In this document: one piece after another, positions 58,801 to 64,000 of the stretch
How the letters are laid out: every line of letters starts with the position of its first letter
Numbering within the stretch: position 1 is the stretch's first letter
Translations under genes and position numbers: made by a program
Notes under the pieces: generated by a model
The model's database searches: none
Told to the model about the DNA's origin: nothing
The model's input: the letters and a program-made list of their open reading frames with translations, nothing else
DNA from: Macrostomum lignano
Lineage: Eukaryota
DNA length: 64,000 bases
Direction: 5' to 3'
Assembly: GCA_002269645.1 (NCBI GenBank)
Contig: NIVC01001155.1
Span: forward strand, 1-64,000

Positions 58801-61464
58801 GACTAGCGGAATGGGCGCCCGCGCCTTCCCGCTGTGTCCCCTTCGGGACAGCCCTGCAGCTAAGTCAAAGTCAGGGGTGGTGGGTGCTGTGGGGGTGCGG
58901 GAGCTGTGGGGTGGTGGGTGCTGTGGGGTGGTGGGTGCTGTGGGGGTGCGGGAGCTGTGGGCTGGTGGGTGCTGTGGGGTGGTGGGTGCTGTGGGGGTGC
59001 GGGAGCTGTGGGTGGTGGGTGCTGTGGGGTGGTGGGTGCTGTGGGGGTGCGGGAGCTGTGGGTTGGTGGGTGCTGTGGGGTGGTGGGTGCTGTGGGGTGG
59101 TGGGTGCTGTGGGGGTGCGGGAGCTGTGGGGTGGTGGGTGCTGTGGGGGTGCGGGAGCTGTGGGGTGGTGGGTGCTGTGGGGTGGTGGGTGCTGTGGGGG
59201 TGCGGGAGCTGTGGGGTGGTGGTGCGCACACGCTCACAAAAGAGCTAATTTCTATATGCAATCAGATGTACGAGTATATTAAAGATAGCAGTGATATCCC
59301 ATTTCGAATGTTATATGGGAACGAATTTTAAGAAACTAAAAAGTAAATGCTAGTTTTATGATTACTGGGTTAATTTTTGCTTGATAAACAGTGCCAAGAA
59401 CTCTAGCAAACCCATTTAGTTTTAAAGATTTTAGCCAGTTTTCGGCTAATTCTGTTGAACTTTCATCCAGACAGGAATATTTATACCTGTGCCGCCAACG
59501 AGTGTTCGCCATTTGGACGATGGGGCTTCTGTGGTGGCTTCTCAGATTTTAAACATGAAGGTTTTCAGTTCATCTTCCATGTCTGTGTGGCCACTTTTAC
59601 TTTCAGTGCCCTGCAGTGGAGCTTTCTAATTGTTTAAAAGCTCGAAGCGATCTTTCGTACTGACCCAACCCAGGTCCCTTCCATAGACTTCCAGGGGATT
59701 GACGTCATACAATGTTGACTTAATGTCAACTTTAGACAGTAGAATAGAATCCAAACAGGATCTCAAGGATCACTCATCATTTTCAAAGTTATCTTTTGTC
59801 CTTACGCTCGTAGCATATATCAGTCAGTGCTGTTGTGCACCAAGTGTCTCAGTGGTTTTATGATTTGACTGTTTTAACTTCATCATGGAAACCAATTTAG
59901 CGTCTCGGAGTTTCCAATTCAACCAACTGGTCCGACAAGTAATCAAGATTTTGTTTTCAATCCGCAGATTCAAAACCAACCTAGCCATCCTGAGCAGCAA
60001 GTCGTACGCCGCTCTCGCCGGAGGTCAAGCTGGACAACGAGTCGGAGCCAACCAGGCGGACAGCTGGATCAACCGGGAGGCCACATCGACTGGGGCTGTT
60101 GGACGGTTTAATCGACAGAGCACCTTGGTTAGACTGGGTGAGTTGATTGTCTGAGTGTGAATAGTGATAGGGCATTGTTCTGGGGCGTCACCACCGGGGG
60201 ACAGGGGGGCCCCAGTAAAAGCTATGGAGAGACATGCCAATGCTTTGTACCCCCAAGCCTCAACTTGCGACTCGTTGCTAAACTCAATAATTTTGCTTTA
60301 GGGTGCCAAAATGAGTGCCTGCGGCGCTAAAATGAGTGCCTGAATGCGGCACCAAAATGAGTGCCTGCAGCGCCAAACTGAGTGCCTGAATGCGGCGCCA
60401 AAATGAGTGCTCGAATGCGGCGCCAAAATGAGTGCCTGCGGCGCCAAAATAAGTGCCTGAATGCGGCGCCAAAATGAGTGCCTGAATGCGGCGCCAAAAT
60501 GAGCGCCTGCACCGCCAAAATGAGTGCCCGAATGCGGCGCCAAAATGAGTGCCTGCGGCGCCAAAATAAGTGCCTGAATGCGGCGCCAAAATGAGTGCCT
60601 GCGGCGCCAAAATGAGTGCCTGAATGCGGCGCCAAAATGCGCGCCTGCACCGCCAAAATGAGTGCCTGCGGCGCCAAAATGAGTGCCTGAATGCGGCGCC
60701 AAAATGAGTGCCTGCGGCGCCAAAATGAGTGCCTGAATGCGGCGCCAAAATGAGTGCCTGCGGCGCCAAAATGAGTGCCTGAATGCGGCGCCAAAATGAG
60801 TGCCTGCGGCGCCAAAATGAGTGCCTGAATGCGGCGCCAAAATGAGCGCCTGAATGCGGCGCCAAAATGAGTGCCTGCCTGCACCGCCAAAATGAGTGCT
60901 AGCCACACCGATTCCCAATATAATGTAGAAATTTAGTCATGTACATGTAGAATTTTTGGCTTTTTCTCCACCCACCATAAAATCCATGCCGAAGCCTCTG
61001 GAATTGTTTCTCAGTTTCTACCGTTTTGAATGAATGCTGATTTTAACATTCGTGTAACTTTATGAGCAGTTAATGCAATTTTTGGTAAAACAATATAGAA
61101 CCTTCAAAAAGTCCTAAATGCATTACCGTCACTAACATGCGTCTTGTGTAAAAGGGAGCAGCTTTGATTAGCGATACGTTCTATAACAAAGCTCTGAGCA
61201 TCCAATGACACCCACAATTACTTGGTCAGTGAAGAAGACTTAGGTGATGAAAGTTAAAAAACTTTTTTAAAAACTATTGAGTAAACATCACTATTCCTAG
61301 ATGTATACGTCACTAGATGATTACAAACTACGTAACACAGAAGTGAAAGAGATTAACAAATCCCATGTTTATCGATAATTATTTTTTCAGGCGGAATCAA
61401 TCGCGAACGAAGCGTTATGCAGACGAAACGCATGGACTTCCCATTAAAAAGTCAGCCTCAATGA
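43824..61464 (+). CDS. Uncharacterised armadillo-like repeat + 3x fibronectin type III protein (~1045 aa, 17 exons): 43824-44047, 44301-44481, 44571-44701, 45029-45472, 45867-45945, 46050-46155, 46539-46772, 47539-47729, 48566-48632, 48707-48906, 48996-49065, 49721-49845, 49938-50042, 50664-51223, 52909-53085, 59968-60137, 61391-61464
   Basis: All junctions are GT-AG and chain in phase (3138 nt, divisible by 3, ending TGA). ARM-like turns: VAGNTAYILGCLAES, MNAAGTIGTLAES, GSNAALVLARL, MNAAFALGRL, AKNACFCLSCLA. FN3 signatures: LNIRW..YEL..L.PATNY.FR, LKVGW..Y.V..L.PCTQY.I, MSVTW..Y.V..LTADTEY.V. The first 14 exons are more certain than the last 3. Confidence 0.85.
44730..44930. repeat. ~22-bp intronic minisatellite CCTGAGTAGGGTCTCCTCT(A/C)T
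   Basis: About 8 units. Confidence 0.85.
45501..45740. repeat. (GATGGT/GATGGA)n intronic microsatellite
   Basis: Seen directly, just after the donor at 45473. Confidence 0.95.
46340..46450. repeat. (TTCTC)n intronic microsatellite
   Basis: Seen directly. Confidence 0.92.
46840..47478. repeat. 28-bp intronic minisatellite GATTAGTTAGGAGGCCAGTTCCATTATC, ~22 copies
   Basis: Period 46887 to 46915. Confidence 0.96.
48185..48395. repeat. 46-47-bp intronic tandem repeat, ~4.5 copies
   Basis: ATTCAATGTAC at 48204, 48251, 48297 and 48343. Confidence 0.9.
49305..49628 (-). mobile_element. tRNA-derived CORE-type SINE (324 bp) with 11-bp TSD
   Basis: Minus strand: GGGG..TAGCCTAGTGG (A box), GGTTCGATTC (B box), then GCAAGACACTTAACTCTGCATTTCTTCAGTTCACCCAGCTGTAAAATGGG, resembling the CORE/MIR domain; AT-rich tail; TSD TCAGAGTTTGT (49294-49304, 49629-49639). 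Confidence 0.8.
50176..50601. repeat. 21-bp intronic minisatellite AGCATGTTCAAT(A/G)GATATCAT, ~20 copies
   Basis: Seen directly. Confidence 0.97.
51245..52510. repeat. 24-bp intronic minisatellite GAGTTCTGG(G/A)TGAGATGTGTCTTT, ~52 copies
   Basis: Seen directly. Confidence 0.97.
53150..53460. repeat. G/T-rich minisatellite (GGTGGGTGCTGT..) left of LINE
   Basis: The same core continues at 58874-59223. Confidence 0.9.
53499..55049 (+). CDS. LINE ORF1 (516 aa), low-complexity with central DUF4780-like domain
   Basis: ATG at 53499; the central W..V...L..FVLIAP..L..LP...YVVFVP...L.R.NP.LP...LVY...IVLGL..FQLG region resembles the ORF1 domain of LOA-clade elements; no CCHC knuckle. Confidence 0.7.
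   Translation: MAFEPSMDKQAISRDGDPSKPQPQSEGPAGPAGRSQPTDSTVAKEGPAGSAGRSDQSYQTQNTQRPASSAGGSKGTASSEPKGPAKSGRSDEAQRARLERKRAKQRAKRQAKKGAAGAKAAASTMDAEATGVPRQPDGPAGGSSGSSAAALPGDAAAAAEAETTAQQMATANKEVPSGATFAAKAKAKIPGVIIQGRDQDWTTDQLQKVWSAVDSYLIELTVEEGISIGIERMVLRSTFVLIAPSSEEDARQLLQRLPTVSLDADLGGALFLREGQRPKTIPYVVFVPAKSTAAGPDVIRRVLLRLNPDLPASGLVYHRKVRRGETGNSIVLGLSSTWASRYPNGSSFQLGALKLKMRRGKSAKGKASANPGISGKSGAQSKAQGKAQADPKAKAASRPSASSSSATAVTAPAKPREPNLPVGEGVEDEAGSSESELSSATLVGSEGKDAGEEASSILSSEPEDSAGGPVGVRRPWTSTNSHLQSSPSGLGRGRSVVQVSLMALGSSQKLHLIQYD
55042..58780 (+). pseudogene. LINE ORF2: APE endonuclease, RT, RNase H, C-terminal Cys/His finger; two frameshifts (~55580, ~56840) and one in-frame stop (~55677)
   Basis: QINLQH, LIQEPW, GGDLNAHH..WG, SDH; KSPGPDGI, FRPISLTS, QHAF, FLDIVGAFDN, PQGGVLTP.LW, YADD; YTDGSK, FQNEV.AI, SDSQAAL, WVPGHVGIRGNE.AD; CSFC...ETAEHF..CP. 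Confidence 0.93.
58874..59223. repeat. G-rich minisatellite (GGTGGTGGGTGCTGTGGGGGTGCGGGAGCTGT..) right of LINE
   Basis: Seen directly. Confidence 0.92.
60180..61000. mobile_element. Second copy (inverted, 821 bp) of the 36098-36460 hAT-type MITE with expanded internal 21/25-bp array (60301-60900)
   Basis: Ends CTGGGGCGTCACCACCGGGGG.. and ..CCACCATAAAATCCATGCCGAAGCCTCTG match the reverse complement of copy 1; TSD GCATTGTT / GAATTGTT (7/8). Confidence 0.85.
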
Positions 61465-61964
61465 TCTGACCGTAGTTAAACAAATATAAGTGTACATTTA
61501 AGCTACGAGTTGCACTACTTTTGTTTGTACTTGTGGTTTTTATCGATTTTTCCAAACAGCTGCTGAGTAAATTGCCGTTTCTGTACTGCGAATTTGGCAC
61601 CATTAAGCAAGTACAATTGGCTCAATCCTCTTTTCAAATTGCGAGTAGCTATTTATAACAAACAGTTTGTAATAAGTGTGTACTACCTAGCTATATTTGC
61701 AGACAATATTGTTTTATGTTATTTGTGTTTTATGCAATTGCATGATTATTTTCAGTTCGTTTGAATTTCGAATGGCACCATCATTGACCTTTTTTCTGTT
61801 ATTTTTTTCTTTTCATACACAAATCCGTGCTGAGAAAATAAACTGGTGCGTCCACTTGTAATCTAATGACTCGTTTCATCCATTACGTACCTTCTGACTT
61901 GAGATTTTTCCTACATTTGCGCGATGTCATCTTTAGCTACAGATGGTCTGAAATTTCAAATTTA

Positions 61965-62070
61965 TTTAGCGGTCTAGCTCAAGGCCACAAATCAATTGTT
62001 CCAAATGGGTTGAGAATCGAACCCCCGACCTTTAAGTCGTGAGTTCTTTTGATCATCATTAAACACAGCA
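61965..62070 (-). mobile_element. Degraded 5' part of the same tRNA-SINE family as 49305-49628
   Basis: AAAGGTCGGGGGTTCGATTCTCAACCCATTTGGAACAATT vs AAAGGTAGGGGGTTCGATTCTCGACCTACTTGAAACAATT. Confidence 0.6.
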
Positions 62071-63638
62071 GATGCGGCAGAAACGCTTTTTAGGTTCAGC
62101 GAGTTTCTGTTATTATTGAATAGATGCAGTCGATAATAACTCGTGAATGTCATTAACAATCGTAACGACTTCATTAGTGGCTAGGATATTAAGTTGTGAC
62201 GTGCTTGTACGAGTCGTATTTTGCGTCTTTCCAGACGCCATTTATATTCCTCAGTGCATCTATACTGGTAAATAATTCATGAAAACGGGCCCTAACACAA
62301 GAACTTTGCAGTTTGCAGGATGGACCAAGTGTCATGGTCATCTGGTGGCAGTAGTTACTCCATCTGACGGCAGTTAGTTTATCCTCTCGACTTTGATTGC
62401 GCCTTCCCTTCTGGGCCGACGATAGGCATGGGCATCCTTCAATTAAATTCTTGCATAGCTAAGCGGAATGCAAGATTTGCGGGAGTCGAGAGCGGTAGGC
62501 GATGCCACCCAGTCAACGAGAAATAAGCTATTCCCTTCAACTCCGCAAGTTTTATGCCATACCGGAGATGACGCTATGATGAGAGCAGCTCTCTATACTG
62601 ACTGGAGTGGAAATGCCTGGAAGCTAATTATTTATTTATCAGGTGTGTACGAGCGTCTCTTAGCCGCATCCCCTAACGATGCTGCTGGCAGCAACCCAGC
62701 CTCCATATCCAGTTGATTATAGCATGGGCAACTGTTTGGCCTTAACGCAGCTCAACTATGCCTACCTGCTCCGATCTGACAGCTGCTCAGACTGCTTGAT
62801 GAGTCCGTGCTGTTCGCAACCAGCTAGCTAAACTGCAATAATTGATTTAAAAAAATTGTTAGCCCCGACTGGAGCACCAGCTCATGTGACGATAATAGCG
62901 TGACAATGAGTCAGACACCGTTGATCTCAAATCATGAGTTGAGGCGAGTTAATTAAACTGACTATTTTTAGCCCCCTGAGTAAACTGGCCATAACATGTT
63001 TACGCTGCTCTAAACCCTATGGCAAACCAGCTATCTATTCTATACATCAGAAGTCGGCAAACTTTTTACCTCAAGGCCCAGATAGAAAATACAGCTCATG
63101 GCTGCGGGCCATGGAAATGCAATGAGAGAGGAAAGTAGAAAGGACAAAAGATTAGAGGTGAGATGAGATGAGAGAAAATGGGAGAGTAGAGAAGGGAGAG
63201 AGAGGAGAGGAGGGGAGAGGAGAGACGGGGAGAGGAGAGAGAGAGAAGAGGAGAGACGGGAAGAGAGGATAGAGAGAGCCAGCTATCTAGTGTATACAAT
63301 ATACATCGATTTATATTAAAAAGAACTGAACAAAAGACGTTGATAAAGCTTTTGTCAATATAGGATGATAGATTTTTTCTGTTCTGCTGTTGCGATGCCT
63401 CAATTCGCGGTTAGGCATTCAACCTTAGACAAGGAAAAACTTCATTTGAATATGTTTTTTTTTCACGGGATTTACGGGTATTTGCCAAGTGTTTTTTGTT
63501 TAACTTCAATGTGTTTATACTACTCGAAGGTTATAGTTATATTATTATTCCTTCCAAGTCTATCAGTAGTTAGTTATTCTTCAACGGCGAACCGGTCAGT
63601 CGGGAGAATTCCGCACTTTTGACAGCCCGGCGACTCGA

Positions 63639-63844
63639 TCACTGGTTGGAGTTGCCGAGGAAGCCGGACTGGACCAGGCGGCCGAACAAGGCGTAGGCCT
63701 CGCGGTAGGCCTCCTCGGGCATGCCATCCAGGATCAGGTCGATGACGCGGCCGTCCTTGGCGTACTCGAGCGTGAGGATTAGCTTCTCGGTCTGTTCGGA
63801 AGTCAGATGCACCTTAGCGGCGTAGTCGCGCACGTTGGGCTCCT
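63639..63844 (-). CDS. Terminal coding exon of an unidentified gene continuing beyond the window
   Basis: Acceptor CCATTTTACAG at 63845; GC3-rich codons; EPNVRDYAAKVHL..LEYAKDGRVIDLILDGMPEEAYREAYALFGRLVQSGFL; TGA at 63639-63641. Confidence 0.7.
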
Positions 63845-64000
63845 CTGTAAAATGGAAAGGACTTAGTTTGCGCCTAAAAGGCTGACTGTTCGGTTCTAAT
63901 AAGCTTCAGAGCTCAAGTCCGGGTCAGAGGAATGGGTAAAAGTTTCAGATGGGGTATCATAGGCAGAGACATATAGTCAAGTCAAAACTCACTTCAGGAG

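Larger units (their letters stand above)
53461..58873 (+). mobile_element. Near full-length LOA/Lian-like non-LTR retrotransposon (5.4 kb) in a minisatellite inside an intron of the ARM-FN3 gene
   Basis: Two ORFs; short AAGTCA-repeat 3' end; candidate TSD GGGGTGGT (53453-53460, 58874-58881). Confidence 0.88.

Noticed and set aside
59471-59640. Candidate extra exon of the ARM-FN3 gene after the LINE
   Set aside because: In the required phase it stops quickly in an atypical hydrophobic peptide, whereas 59968-60137 fits both phases.
58675-60918. Pro/His/Thr-rich and (ALILAP)n ORFs
   Set aside because: Translations of the G-rich minisatellite and the MITE internal array.
62280-62900. Possible decayed LINE C-terminus on the minus strand
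   Set aside because: Only a vague IEG..GR..D similarity; not enough to support a call.

Overview
Eukaryotic (animal) genomic DNA, not prokaryotic: GC-rich exons, AT-rich GT-AG introns, dense minisatellites and nested transposons. The style resembles the free-living flatworm Macrostomum lignano (inference only). Host genes reconstructed by hand with phase-consistent splice sites: (1) a 3-exon Greatwall/MASTL kinase (- strand, 33994-37557, 563 aa); (2) a divergently oriented 17-exon gene (+ strand, 43824-61464, ~1045 aa) encoding armadillo-like helical repeats, three fibronectin-III domains and a disordered tail, which I cannot name; (3) the 3' exon of a C-type lectin + PAN/apple gene (- strand, 26181-26786) whose splice acceptor was hit by an RTE retrotransposon; (4) an unidentified terminal exon at 63639-63844. 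Mobile DNA: a frameshifted, intron-containing KDZ (Kyakuja-Dileera-Zisupton) transposase at the left edge that is invisible in the ORF track; a near full-length LOA/Lian-like LINE (DUF4780-like ORF1; APE-RT-RNase H ORF2) inside a G-rich minisatellite; two RTE-like LINE copies; a decayed Gypsy element; non-coding LTR mosaics with tRNA-Leu primer-binding sites; several hAT-type and foldback MITEs with TSDs; and a tRNA/CORE-SINE. There is also a 5.2-kb higher-order CpG-rich satellite and more than a dozen minisatellites. Most long ORFs in the ORF track are artefacts of these repeats.
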